Source of the DNA: Neovahlkampfia damariscottae
Lineage: Eukaryota
DNA length: 63,101 bases
Assembly: GCA_016618085.1 (NCBI GenBank)
Contig: JABLTG010000123.1
Span: 1 to 63,101 of the forward strand
Direction: 5' to 3'
The translations under genes and the position numbers were made by a program. Positions 19,367 to 32,805 of the stretch are shown one piece after another (position 1 is the first letter of the stretch; the number at the start of each line of letters is the position of its first letter). A model generated the notes under the pieces. It ran no database searches. It was given only the letters and a program-made list of their open reading frames with translations, and was not told the origin of the DNA.

Positions 19367-19867
19367 TTGAAAGGAATCAAGATTGAATCTGCTTTTAAAA
19401 TGAATGATGACCAAATACTACTTGAAGTTAATCCAGGCAAAAGGAACCTATATGCAATCAAATATGATATTGAATTACCATATCCATTGTCAATATCATA
19501 CAACAAAATCTTAGTGGTTGATTTGCCTCTCACGAAAGAACAATTAAAAATCGCATTTGATAATTTTGCAGATTTCTGGAAAGAAAATTATCCAGAATCT
19601 GACCAAAGTGACACAATGAATTCTGATTCCGAAGATGATTTTGATGACTTTGACGAACATAATATTTTGACAATTAATAATTTGGCTCAATTAGTTGATA
19701 AATCTCAAATTTTATTCAAATTGAATTGGAATCCAAAGGATTCAAAAGATGTAGTGATTTTAAAATTATCAGATGAATCCTATGGAGAAAATTGTGTTGT
19801 AGGTTTCAATCAAAAAACAAATGAAGCCAGATCAACATGTTTGAGTACAGTTGTAAAATTTTTTTAA
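19367..19867 (+). CDS. Hypothetical protein (start uncertain)
   Basis: 166-aa ORF with an acidic patch; no family recognised. Confidence 0.4.
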   Translation: MKGIKIESAFKMNDDQILLEVNPGKRNLYAIKYDIELPYPLSISYNKILVVDLPLTKEQLKIAFDNFADFWKENYPESDQSDTMNSDSEDDFDDFDEHNILTINNLAQLVDKSQILFKLNWNPKDSKDVVILKLSDESYGENCVVGFNQKTNEARSTCLSTVVKFF

Positions 19868-19876
19868 TCACAACTT

Positions 19877-22268
19877 TTATTTGATGAATTTCTTGATTGT
19901 AGATCTTCTTTTTTTCATTGATTTTCTTTTTTCTTCTTTTTCATCGCCTCTTATTTTCGATAATTCAATTCCAATCAATGACCTTTCAAATCTCATTAGA
20001 GTATCCAAGATGACAGTATCAGAAACATGTTTTGAAATTTCATCAAAAATTTCAAGATATATACCTCCACTTTGTTCAGCTTCTCTTAACTCTTGTCCAA
20101 TTTCTTTCTTCAATTTTCCGCTACAATTAACTTCCAAAATTGAAGTTGTATATAAATATGACTGACAAATTTCTTTTGCTTTGATCAATCTTTCCTGATC
20201 TGTTTCCAGTTTTTGAAAAACTTGAACATCTTCAAAAAATAACAGTGGTTCTACTGCATATTCAGTTCTCAGGTATTCTTTGAAATATTTTCGATATTCA
20301 GGTTTTTGTATCAGTGCTTTTTGTGATTCTGTCAACTCACCAAATTTATCACTTAATTTTCTACTCAATGATTTCCTCAAGCACTTGTAGATTCTATTCA
20401 ATTCAGAAATAATATCTTTTAATTTTGGTCTTTTCATGGGATTTGGATCGATCATTTGGATGATAATATTCAAAATAGATGGATCATAAAGTGTCTAAAA
20501 GTTAATTTCAATATTAATTTTACTTTGAATTCAAGTAGTGATTTCTTCAGGTTGGCAAAATATGCTTTGGATGTTGTGGAAGATCTTTTCTGAAAATTCT
20601 CTGTGATTATTGAAATTATACTTCCTGATCTCTTTTTTGAATCATAAATTTGTTGAGTTTTTGCTGAATTGTATAATGTTGTCAGACGAAAGAAGATAAA
20701 ACCGGCTGCATAAATATCACTGTACTCAGAAACCATTTGTTCAGGAGGTTCAAAATATTTAGGATAATCATCTTCGTCAATATCCTCGTCATTATAAAAC
20801 CCATGATCAACATAAACTCGTCCGTACATTGCTGAAAAGTAAATTTTCTTTTCTGTAAATTCACCAATTTCAAAATATTTTTTCTGTTTGTGAAAATGTT
20901 CCAATGCTAATAAAATCTGTCTCATATAATCAACTAATTCCTGAAGATGTCAAAAAATAATGTTAAAATTACAATTTCCAATAAAGGTTCATTCAATTTT
21001 TTGTAAATGAAATCTTCCAAATTGGTGTGTAGATCGGTTGTAACAATCGTCAAACAACTTTTGTTATAGGTCCCTTCCAAGTCTTCATTGAACAATTCAA
21101 TCAATTGAACAATATTGTCATGTGGAATTTGATCTAAATATTCCAGAGCTTCTGACTTTGATATTGCCTTTGACGAAACAATTCTCTTCGCTTTGAAAGG
21201 TTCAACTGTTAGTTTATTTACAACAGAAAGTACCTGTACTTTCTCAGAAAATGAATCATGTTCACTTTCAATTTGTTTAATTTGATACAAATCTTCAAAT
21301 TTACAATCCTTTTCTTTTGTAAAATTTGAATTCACATAATCCTTCCAGACAATAGTATTGATAAATCTTGAATAATATTCATGTGATAAAATCTTATAAA
21401 GAAAATCATACAACTCTTGACACCAATCCTTTTGAAGTTCATTCTTCCAAATTTTATCACGAACGGTGGAATTAAAAATGCAAAGTTTTGGAGAACCAAA
21501 TTGACAATATCTTTCCATAATTCTAGTGATTAAAAAACTTTGTGTCTTGATATCCAAATTAGTTTGTGATTTATAATACAAAACATGATTAAAACATTCA
21601 ATATAATTTTCACCAAAATTTTCATGAACAAAATTTGAAAAGAGCTTAAACGCTTCTTTTGATGTTATAAGTTCATCAAAATTCATTGGAAATTTGGTCT
21701 TTTCCTTTTCTTTTGTGATTTTGATTTTTTCAGTATATTTTGAAGGATCAAAATCTTTTGTTATTGGCTCCAACATATTATAAACCTTTAAAAATCCTTT
21801 TAATAATTTCTTTTAAGTTACTTCTTTGTAAACCAATTCAAAGGCTTTTGGCGATTGGTTGTCATACAGTTTTTTCACTTTTGTGCGAATTTTATGATAT
21901 AATGAAATAGTATGAGTTCCTTTTGTATCAATATACTTCTCATATAGTTCTTTTTCCATTTCTTTCTTTTTTTCAGTTTCTTTTTCTTCCAGGTATTCAT
22001 GAAACAATTCATAATATTCAAACTGTTCTTGCATGAGCAGTTCTATGGTATATAACTTAAACAGTTCTTTGGTTTTTTTATCTTGGAATACTTCCAATTG
22101 TTTGATGTTGATGGGTGAATCACATGACGTTGAAGTTTCATTCAATGTAATTTCTTTTGAAGGAGAAATGGAAAAAACTTTTGACTTTGCTTCATCAAGT
22201 ATACCTTTAAAACTTATTTTTCTTTTGTGGGTTTTGTGTGTAGGAAGAGTCAGGTTGTCTCCGCTCAT
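19877..22268 (-). CDS. Multi-exon protein with several RGS domains and a degenerate kinase-like domain
   Basis: RGS patterns in ORFs 21813-22268, 20934-21776 and 19877-20473 (FKEYLRTEYAVEPLLF..EVN). Kinase remnants HDNIVQL, YFEPPE..SDIYAAG, DPNPMKRP. Short introns between ORFs. Confidence 0.7.
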
Positions 22269-22490
22269 TTGTTTCTATTGTACACTTCAAGTTTGGGTGG
22301 TCAATACTTTGATTGGTCAACAAAAAACGTTTTCATCTTTTAAACAAAACTACTATGAATCGCAGAGATGGATTCAAAGAAAGTGCTTTTGGATTAATTT
22401 TTTGAATATGGAAAAAGTATAAATTTGGTGATTCTCATTTACGTTTTAAGAGTCTTTGCATACAGCAGAGTAGTGCTCAACAAGAAAAGT

Positions 22491-23104
22491 TTATAATAAT
22501 TTCAAGTGTTTTGTTACCTTGTCTACCATATAAGCAGGAGCTGGTCCAATAGAAACCACTGTTTTTGAACCAGGTTCGATTTGAGTCCTTCCAGCGTCCA
22601 TAATCAAATAACTCGGCAATCCAAGATCTAAAGCTTCTTTTTGTAATGCTAATAAATCTTTTTCTGAGTCAACTTTTAAAGCAATTTTTGCACAAGCTTC
22701 ATCTTCCCATTTTTTCAACCATTTCTTATGTTGTTCGTTTTTTCCAAAAATTATATCACCATAAACACCTACAGCAGCATGACAACATTGTGCGCACATT
22801 TTTCCTTTACCCATTTTTAAATCAGTTCTCACACACAAAACCATTTTACACTCTTCATTTCTTTTTTCTTCTTTTTCCTCAACTTTTAATTCTTCTTTTT
22901 TTTCTTCCTTTTGGTTTGTTGCTGTACTGTTTATTTCTGTATTTTGTCCAGAAAGTTCGAAAATTAAATTCACAGCCAACTCCATGTCGTAATTTGTTTG
23001 TGTCAAAGCTATTTTTACCTTGAAGAATTAAACTTTTTTTGTGTTCTCACAATTTCTTTATCAAATCCTAATTCACATAACTGATTGATCTTTGCTTCTT
23101 CCAT
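22491..23104 (-). CDS. PTH2: Peptidyl-tRNA hydrolase 2 with N-terminal UBA-like domain
   Basis: KMVLCVRTDLKMGKGKMCAQCCHAA, DAGRTQIEPGSKTV, VDKVTKHLKLL. Exon 1 reads MEEAKINQLCELGF. Confidence 0.9.
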
Positions 23105-23363
23105 ACCCTATTTTTTTTTATTGGTCGGTTTCACTCACGATCATTGGGCTATTTATCGTTTACAGTAAAACCAAATATTTTGATTTCATTTTTTTTAATT
23201 TTATATGAAAAAACTCACTTGCTTGAATTTTGAGCTTCTGAATCAATCGAATCAAAATTAACCAAACAACGTTAAATTTGAAAAAAAATTGAAGTTTGAT
23301 TGGATTAAAAAATTTCTGTCTCGAGTCTCCTGAGATTGAAGCACCATCAAAAGTCAAACAATC

Positions 23364-26300
23364 ATGAAAAGATCAAGAGATGAACCAGAAGGCACAACAA
23401 AAACCACACAAGCGTAAGCCAAAAATGATTAATCAAAGAAGACCACCTCCTTTGAAAAAATTAAGAGTTGAAGATGCTTTAGCTTATTTAGATCAAGTAA
23501 AAACTAAATACAAAGACAATTTAAAAGTTTATCAAAATTTTTTGGACGTCATGAGAGATTTTAAAGACAACAAGTAAATAATTTGTTATACCGTTTAACC
23601 TTCAACTTTACAATAGAATCGACACTCCAGGAGTGATTATCAAAGTCATGGAATTATTCAAAGGTGATAATAACTTGATCTTAGGTAAAACATAAAAAAA
23701 AAAATTTTGATCGTTTTCAGGTTTCAATGCGTTTTTACCACCAGGTTGCAAAATTGAACTTCCAGAAACTGAAGAAGCACCTATAAAAAAGAAAGTTATT
23801 GAAAAAAATGACCCAAGTGCAGCTCAAAAAATGGATTTTGACCAAGCAATTCAATATGTCACTAAAATCAAAGTAAAGTTGAAAAAAAAAAAATTTATTT
23901 TTTCAGTCACGATTTGAAAACAATTTAGAAGACTATAGAACATTTTTGAAGATCCTTACAAGTTATCAACAAAATCAAATTACCTTGAAAAAAGTTTATG
24001 AACAAGTTTCGGAGTTGTTCAAATCACATCCAGATCTTTTAGCAGAGTTTCTTCAATTTTTACCTGTTAATATGAGAGATCCGCCTGTTTCTCAAAAGAA
24101 AGAAAAAAAGAGAGTTGGTCCAAAACCTGCTCCTACAACTGGAGGAACAAAAAGAACATCAGCTAGAAGACAAGAAGAAAATAAAAAAAATAATTCAGAT
24201 ATGAACACATTATCTTTAGAAACACATGCAACTGCTCAATTATTTGAAAGCATAAAAAAACAGCTAAACAATGATGAAACATACCAAGAATTTCTCAAAT
24301 GTGTAAACTTATTTTCAAACGGAGTCATTGGAAAACAAGAGTTAATTAGATTGGCAAATGATATTATTGGACAATTTACTGATTCTTTTAAATCATTTAA
24401 AAAATTAGTTTCAACTTCAAGCAGTGCTTTTGGTTTGAAAAAATTAAAATTTTAACTTTTTTAAGAGGATAAATTTGAAAAGTCAAAAGAGTCAAATTTT
24501 AAACAAAGTTCAAGATTTGGACCAAGTTATCGTTCATTACCTGATGGATTTCCAAGATCAATTTGTTCGGAAAGAGATGACCTATGTAACTCTGTTTTGA
24601 ATGACGAATATGTATCATTTGTAGCTGGAACAGAAGAAGAAGGTGGTGAATCTTATAGAAAAACAGCAACAGAAGAGATCATTTTTCAATGTGAAGATGA
24701 CAGGTAAACTTGATGATTTAAATATTTATTTTTTGAAGATCTGAATTGGATATTGTAATTGAACAAAATATTTCAACAATTCAATTTTTGACTCCTGTTT
24801 GTGAAAAAATTGAAGCAGAACAACCATTCAATTTCAAATTAGAAGATTTAAGAGGTAATCCAATTTCATTGGTTAATAAAAAAAACGATAGAAATTCATA
24901 GAGCTAGTATTGCAAGAATCTATGGTGATAAAGGACATGAAATCCTTGAAGGTTTACGTAAAAATCCTCAAGTTGCAATACCAATTATTCTCCGTAGATT
25001 AAATCAAAAAGATCAAGAATGGAGTCGAGCTAGAAAAGAATTGAACAAATTCTGGAGAGAAGTATATGAAAAAAATCATAAAAAATCATTTGAAACAAGA
25101 AGTATTGAATTGAAAAACCAAGAAAAAAAATTCTTGAATCCTAAAAGTAAACAACAAAAAATAACTTATTTTCATAATAGATTTACTCGCTGATATTGAA
25201 GAATTAAACAGTTATAATAGAACAATACAAGTAAAAGCAGAACAACTTGCTATTCATCATGATATTTTTTCAATCATTTTACAAGTGTCTGATTTGAATG
25301 ATGAACAAAATGAAAAATTGAAAATATTCTGGAAAACATTCTTGTTGCCATTTTTAGATATACGTAAGTTATAGTCATTATTTACAAATAAATAGACTTG
25401 GACACCAAAGAATTAAATTCTGTTAGTGATTTGACAAGAACATATCCACAACTCTGTGAACAACAAACAGAAAAAAAAGGTGGTCAAATATTTTATGGAA
25501 ATTCATCATTATTTGTTTTCCTTAGAGGATATCTTGTAAGAATTAAATTTGAAATTCATTATTTTTTCAATAGATTTTATATGAAAGATTACAACAAGCA
25601 AAAGAATTAGCGAATTCAGAAATACCATTGAATACTGATGCAACTATTTTCAAAGAATATGAAAAAACTGTCAATGGTGGAACAAATGATGAAGAAGACA
25701 TTGAAGAAAAATCACCATTCAAAAGACTCAAAAAAGAGGAAATTTATCCAAAGTTCTTGTCAATTCTTGTTGATTTATTAGAAAACTCAATTGACAATTT
25801 AAAATATGAATCTGAATGTGAACAATTACTTGGATATCAATCTTTCACATTTCATACCTTGGATAAATTAGTTACAATGATACAAAGACAAGTAAGAAAA
25901 TTCTAGATTTTTAAACATGTTTTAATAGTTATTCACTGTACTAAATGATACTGAAATTTGTTCAAATTTAATCAAAGCGTACATTTATGAAAGAAAAAGA
26001 GAAAATCCATTTACAGATGAATCATATATTCATTCAGCTCAAAATATTCTTGAAAATGAGAAATGTTATAAATTCACAAATGATAATCAAGTAATTGATA
26101 TTTCTATGGTTGATTTACCATTCTTTGACGTTAAAAAAAGAGATGCTGAAGATAAAGCATTCCAATATATTGAAGAATTCATTTCAATGAATCAAGAAAC
26201 AGAATCACTCTCAAATGTCTTTTTACAAAGAACATTGAATAAAAAAGTATCATTAGAAAATGCAATTATTCAAAATGAACTTGAATGTAAAATTTGTATT

Positions 26301-26459
26301 GCAACATTCAAAATGTTTTATGTTGAAGATACAGAAGATTTCTTTTACAAAAATACAAAAAAAGAACACAAGAAACAAAAGAAAAAAAGTTTGAAAAAAT
26401 GGACAGAAAAGAAATTAAAAGATATGGGAACAGATTTGAATGTCAACATTTTTGAATAA
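23364..26459 (+). CDS. SIN3: Sin3 co-repressor (PAH repeats, HDAC-interaction domain), multi-exon
   Basis: VEDALAYLDQVK, GFNAFLPPG, HPDLLAEFLQFLP, GPSYRSLP, VLNDEYV, CEDDR..ELD, FTFHTLDKL, LECKICIATFKMFYVEDTEDF. Confidence 0.92.
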
Positions 26460-26522
26460 ATCGTTTTTCTGTAAATAAAAATTTCATTGGTGGAATATTT
26501 TTTATCCAATAGTTTCGTTGTT

Positions 26523-26918
26523 ATGGTAAACAAAAACAAAAGAATTAAAACAACAAGTCAAAAAAAGAGACAAAAGGAATTTTCAACTTTGAAGATTCAA
26601 TTGATAAAAAAGTATATGTTAGATTAATAGGAGGTCGTGAAATTATCGGAATATTAAAAGGATATGACCAAACAGCAAATTTAGTTTTAGATGAATCAAT
26701 TGAGTTTTCAAGAGGTATTTAAGAATTTAATACTAAACGTTGAAGATATTGAGGATTTTGAAAATCGAAAATATGTTGAAAAAAAAGGAAAATTATCTGA
26801 AGAAATACGTAGTTTAGGAATTATTGTTTGTAGAGGTATAAATGTTTCATATGTTTGTCCAGCTGATGGATATCAACCTTTACTTGAAAATCCATTTTTT
26901 GTGAAGGAGAATAAATAA
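26523..26918 (+). CDS. LSM7: Sm-like protein LSm7
   Basis: DKKVYVRLIGGREIIGILKGYDQTANLVLDE ... RSLGIIVCRG..VCPADG..ENPF, with short introns. Confidence 0.85.
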
Positions 26919-26939
26919 CAAGTTTAACTTTTATAATTT

Positions 26940-27586
26940 TTATTTATGATAACATTTTCTACATACAGCCGCGTATTTTTCGGAACCACCAATATCAACA
27001 GTTTCATGTGATTCAGTTATTTTCTTTGAAAAAGCTGCTTTATCTCCACAATTCAAACAAACAGCTGTTAATTTTGTAATTTCTTCACAAAGTGGTACTA
27101 GATTACCTATATCACCAAAAGGTCTAAAAAAAATGAGTTTTAGATTTAAAAAAAAATCAAACTGTCTTTTGAATGTTCCATCTAAAGCAGAAACAACTAC
27201 AGTCTTCCCTTTGTTTGCATATTTTTCACAAAAATTCAATAAATCAGGAAACTATTGAAAAATAAATTATCTTTGAAATATCTTACGAATTGACCTTCAT
27301 CTATTCCTATGATTTCCACTTGATCAAGTAAACTTTCAACATCAAAAAGTTTATCACAAGGTATCGCTGGCATTTCTTCCTTATCATGTGTTGAAATACA
27401 ATCTACAGAGTATCTAATATCATGGATATATTTAATACACAAAACTTTTTTTTTAGCAAATTGATATCTTTTCATTCTTCTCAGAAGTTCTGTTGATCTA
27501 TTGTGGATTTAATTGTTGTTATTGTTTTACTTTCCTGCGAACATAGGTCCTAAGATTAGCTGAATTTCTCCATTTTTATTTGACAT
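26940..27586 (-). CDS. TK1: Thymidine kinase (TK1 type), multi-exon
   Basis: GEIQLILGPMFAGK, STHD, IGIDEGQF, SALDGTF, KLTAVC..C, IGGSEKYAAVCRKCY. Confidence 0.92.
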
Positions 27587-27829
27587 GTTTCTTCTTGATT
27601 TTTGGTGAAGTGTTTCTAATTCTTCAAGCGTTAACCAATGAATTTATCACATTTTTTTGAAACCGTTACGGTGTTTTATTGGTTGTTTTGTTCTCCAATT
27701 ATCAAGAAGCATACTCAAATTTTCTTCCCAAATTGTTTTTCGAGATAATTTGTTCCAGACTTCAATAAACAGCGAACAGATTTTTCGACCAATCACGAAC
27801 CGAGAAATCAACAAAAATAATAACTCAAA

Positions 27830-30438
27830 ATGGGTGTAAAAGGTTTACTTCAGTTATTAAACAAAGATTTTCCCATGAGTTGTTTTGAAATATCAAAAAT
27901 GAGAAAAGGTTGGACACAAGCAAAGAAAGGAAAAAATGGAATTTTTCAAATTCCAATAAAAGATCAACAAATGGATCATTTATACATAGACTTGAACAGT
28001 ATTATACACACAGCATTATTGAGTGTTAACAAAAGTCTCAAACCTAAAAAACCAGAAACAGAAAAAAAAATGCCAACCGAAGAGGAAATCATCAGTAGTT
28101 TGGAAAAGATGAATTTAGAAGAAGACAATGAAGAAAATGAAGTAGATTTTGAAGAAGAAATAGTAGAAAATGAAGAAATAGAAGACGAAGATTTTCAAGA
28201 AGAAGAAGAAGAAGTCATTCAAAATTTGCAAGAAATACTTGATAGCCTTATTGTTAATGCTCCAAATGATGATTTCTTAAATACTGTTTGTTCAAAAGTT
28301 TTAAAAAAGTTGACAAATATTTTTTCAAATTTTCAACCACAAAGAACATACTTCATTTCAATGGTAAAAAAAAAATAATCAAATTAAAACATATCTATAG
28401 GATGGTCCTGCTCCTATTACAAAAATGAAAAAACAAAAAAAAGATAAATTGAAGCCATTAATGAAACAAGAAACTGAATCTGTTTCAAAATCTTTATTAA
28501 GTCCAGGAACCATTATGATGATAAAATTAAAGGAAGAAATTAAAATTTGGGCAGAAGAAAATTACAAAACAGGCTTTTTTGATTCATCTTTAACATTTTA
28601 CATAAGTGGTTCTGATGAAGTTGGTGAAGGAGAAACCAAGATTATGAATCATATTTCAAACTATCAAGAAAATTATAGAAGAGAATCATATGGTATCGTT
28701 ACACCTGATTCTGATATGATATTAATGGCGTTAGGATGTATTTCAAAGGAAAATATTTTGATTTTTAATCCAACCAAAATGTCAAGAAAGTTTAATTGCG
28801 TTAGCAAGGTTAAGCTATTGGAACATTTTAATAAACTTGTACCAGCTAAAGCCAGTAAGTTAATTTTTCGAAATTAAAATGTTTAAAGATGAAATCGCTT
28901 TAGATTTTGTGTTGTTAATTTTATTAAAAGGAAATGATTATTTACCAGGTATTGGACGTTGGACAAAGTTCTATAAAGTGTTTGAAAATTATCTCGAATT
29001 CAAAAATAACGATATTTCACTCATTGAATTTTCAAATGTTGGTTACAAAAAGAAGGGTTTCACTTTGAATTTAGAAACTTTATCAAAAATTCATTCATAT
29101 GATTTACACTTTGATAAAAAAAATTACACATCAGAATCAAAAATTAATGATTATTTAGATGCTCTTCTATGGAATTTCAACATGTACGTTTCAAGTTTAT
29201 GCTACGACTATGAACAAAATAATGTTGGTTCAATAAAAATGTCAGATATTGCTGGATTGGTTCACTTGAAAAAACAAAAGAAAAAGTCATTAATCTTTGA
29301 ATCAACTGAAATCAAACAAAGAGATCATCCTTTAAATCACTTTTTATTCTCGTTTTGTATTTTACCAAAACCATGTTTTGTTTATTTTCCAAAAGAAGTC
29401 ATTGATCTCATCACACCCGAATTGGATGAAATTTTACAAAAGAATTATGTTGGCAAGTTGGATTTGAATGAAATATCAATGGTGTCAAAAAATCTATTTG
29501 ATAAATATCCAGAAACAAGAACTTTGTTTTATCAAAATAATCAATGGAAAGAATTTGAAAAAGTTAAAATTGCCAAGTTTTATTTGAGTACTTTTGAATT
29601 TGCAAAGAATAAGAGTTTTCATAAATTGGTCCCAAAAATGAAGAAAAATGATGAAGTAGAAAATAAACCAATCAAGAATGAAAATCCTCAAGAATTCGAG
29701 AAATTTGTGGAAATTGAAGCTGTTCAAACCAAAAAAGAAATATCAATTTCAAAAGTTATTGACAAAATTGTTAAAGAAATTGCTGAATCACAAAAAATAA
29801 AAGAAAAGAAAAAAGTTGAAATGAACCAATTATCAAGATGGAAAAAAGATGGTGAAACAGAAAAAACAGAAAAAATTGAAATAAAACCAAGAATGGAGAA
29901 GAAACAAAAAACTTTCAAATTTCATTTCAACAATGATGAAAAATCTCCAATTGCAGCAACAGGTGCATTACTTTATAAATTTGTTGACAATGAAATGCTG
30001 ATTTTGATGATCGATAAATCTTCAAAATTTGAAGATCTTGGTGGAAAAGTTGATCAAACAGATGAAACTGTTCAGTTTACAGCTGCTCGTGAAATTGAAG
30101 AAGAATCAAATTTAGTGATCAAAATTGAAGACATTATCAAAAGATTGGAAAACTCAAAAAATATTTATCTCCCACCATCAAAGTATTTGTTATATTTTGT
30201 GAAAGCAACTTCTCAAGAAGAAAAATTGGCAAAGAAAGATTTTGGTGATGTTGAAAAAAATGACAATATCAAGAGAACTATTTCCTGGATTTCAAGAAAG
30301 GAACTGGAAGAAGCAAAATTGAATAATAAAATTAATTACAGGTTGAAAAATCTAAAGATTTTTAAAACATTATCAAAAATTGATGCACAAAATCAAAAGA
30401 AAAATAGTAGCAATGTTGATAGTGAAATCAAAGAATAA
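27830..30438 (+). CDS. XRN-family 5'-3' exoribonuclease domain fused to a C-terminal Nudix hydrolase
   Basis: XRN motifs MGV, DHLYIDLNSIIH, DGPAP..KM, SPGT, GEGETKI, DSDMI, GNDYLP. Nudix box GGKVDQTDETVQFTAAREIEEESN in the same last exon. Confidence 0.8.
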
Positions 30439-30578
30439 AAGTTTATTTGTTGACCTTGGCATAATGGCACATTAAAACTTCCTCCTGGAACCACATCGAT
30501 CAGTCAGCTTTTACAAATAGAATTGCTGCATGAAAAAAAATAAAAAAATAACATTCATTGTTATTACCACACAAATGA

Positions 30579-31457
30579 TCATTTATTTTGTTTTAATCTC
30601 TTCCATGTTTCCAAATCCAACTTTAAAATACATTGTTTATTACCACCTGCTTTTTTTTTATCTTCAACACTTTCTTCACCTGTTAATTCACAAACCATTT
30701 TATCATCATCACTCTTCAAAGTTAACATACCATCCTTTACAAGAAAACCCATGTGAAAAATATTTTCAATAGATTTTGTGAAGGAATTTGGATCAATAGC
30801 AATATTTAAAAATGGAATTTCATCTGTATTTTGAGCTTCTTTTTTTATTTTTTTATGTATTTCTTTTACTTTTCTTGTTGTTTCATTTTTCTCTTTTGTA
30901 ACTTGTGAAACTTCATCTGGGTTTATAGCTTCACCTTGAGTGAATCTTTTTCTCTTTTCTCTTTTTTTGATTTCTTTTGGTTCAACTTTTAAAGGTCCAT
31001 GCATAAACGTTATTTGTGGTGTTTTACTGAAATGCTTTGAAACATCACCTCCTAATTTTGTCCAATCTACATCTTGTTGGTGATTTGAGTATTTTATACG
31101 AAGTTTTTCTAAAAATTGATTTGAATCAAATTGTTGTCCGACGTGTAATTTTGATGATTGTTCAACTTGGTATTCTCCGAGTTTTTTCAAAAGTTGAGCA
31201 TCTAAAGAACCTTCTCTGGCATGAGTAACATCAGAATATAATTGATTTTGAATATCCATTCTTCTTTTTACAGATCCTGTTTTTATAATTTCAGTTTTAT
31301 TTGAATCTGTTTCTTCTATTAATTTTAGGTATTCTTTTCTTAATTCTCTTCTTTTTTCCTTTTCATCAGGTATTTGATCGTTTCTTAAAGTTGTTTCCTC
31401 TTCTGTCAGTATTTCTTCTTGTTCTGTTTCGTGTCGTTCTTGTTGCATAATGTCCAT
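30579..31457 (-). CDS. NSE4: SMC5/6 kleisin subunit Nse4
   Basis: RRELRKEY, AREGSLDA, DWTKLG, FMHGPL, IDPNSFTKSIENIFHMGFLVKDG, QCILKLDLETW. Confidence 0.88.
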   Translation of the reverse strand: MDIMQQERHETEQEEILTEEETTLRNDQIPDEKEKRRELRKEYLKLIEETDSNKTEIIKTGSVKRRMDIQNQLYSDVTHAREGSLDAQLLKKLGEYQVEQSSKLHVGQQFDSNQFLEKLRIKYSNHQQDVDWTKLGGDVSKHFSKTPQITFMHGPLKVEPKEIKKREKRKRFTQGEAINPDEVSQVTKEKNETTRKVKEIHKKIKKEAQNTDEIPFLNIAIDPNSFTKSIENIFHMGFLVKDGMLTLKSDDDKMVCELTGEESVEDKKKAGGNKQCILKLDLETWKRLKQNK

Positions 31458-31527
31458 TTTTTTTTGAAACCGATTGGTCGGAAATTGGGTTCAAAAATTG
31501 GAATTTTTTTTTATTGATTTTTGAACA

Positions 31528-32596
31528 TTATTTTGGGCAGATATACTTATCAAAATCATTCACTACTAATAAATCATTGATTGTTGAATCCATTCCAATT
31601 GTACCACGAGAAAAATCAAATGAAGAAGCAACTGCCATTTTATCACCAATTTTATTGAATGTTGCAATACTACAGCCATTCTTTCCACCTGTTTCTCCGT
31701 CAAATAATCTTTGTCTTGTGCCATGATCCCAAAATTGATATTTTGAATCTTCAAAAATCAAATTAGAAAAAAAAAGAACGATACCTCCACCAATAGTCAT
31801 AAAAGTATTATATTTTGGATGAAATTCAATATGATTTACAGGATAAACATCGTTAACTTTTCTATGACATTTAAAACTAAAGTCTTTTGAGGAATCCTTA
31901 AAATACTTCAAGGAACATCTTCCTTCAATAGATGCCAATGCATAACCACCCAGATCAGTAAAAATACTGATTGATCTTAATTGCATTTTAATTTGATTTG
32001 TAGGTACATCAAAACCAGAGGTATCTGTTTTTCTGAGATCCAAATTCAACACTTGATGAGTTGAAAGACCTGCAACTAAAGTGACACCTTTTGAATCGAA
32101 ACAATAAATCTTTCCACCTGCGTCAATGTCATGTACACATTTTCCTTGTTTTATATCCCAAATCTTACAGTGTCCATCCCAACTTCCTGTTATTAATAAA
32201 CCCATATCTTCACGCCATTTGACACATTTTACACCTGATTCATGAGTTCCAAATACTTCAGTTGTTCCTTTTTCAGGATTCCAATTGTAAACTTTTTTTT
32301 CACAAGTTCCAATGAACACGTTATTTTTCTGAAAAAAAAATTAAAAAAAAAATTTTTCACATCTTTTGCTGAGATATCTAAAATAGGTGCATCCACTACG
32401 ACTTCAGTTATTTTATGAATTGAATCATTATTTCTTTTTTTGTTTTCTGAATCCACCAGAGAAACCTAATTTTTGAGTGTTTCTTTTTTACTGTTTTGTT
32501 CCATGAACCATAATATAAATAGTCATCATTTTCAGGACACCAAGAAATAGATGTTATGGGTGATGTTTCTTCACCCAAATCACTAGTCCAAACCAT
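31528..32596 (-). CDS. Rae1/Bub3-family WD40 protein, multi-exon
   Basis: GSWNKTV, TGSWD, ASIEGRC, FSFKCHR..VYPVN, SSFDFSRG. Confidence 0.85.
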
Positions 32597-32805
32597 TTTT
32601 AGAAAACTTCCACCAATCAAACTGCAAAATTATTTTGAAGAAAAATATTAAGTCTTATAATTTGATTTCAACAAAACTATTTGTTATTTCACTCCTTTTA
32701 ACTTGTACATTTCAACAACTCATCAGTGAAGATTTATTCATTTTAGAGTCTTCCCAAAACACGAATTTTTATTAATTTTGACTTTTTTGTAACCAATCAT
32801 TTTCA

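Noticed and set aside
26940..27586. Thymidine kinase as a viral gene linked to the element
   Set aside because: It has spliceosomal introns and lies among host genes ~8 kb outside the TSD.
30440..30575. GC-richer patch between the XRN-Nudix and Nse4 3' ends (possible snoRNA or micro-ORF with TGA)
   Set aside because: No convincing box C/D or H/ACA layout, and no supported reading frame.
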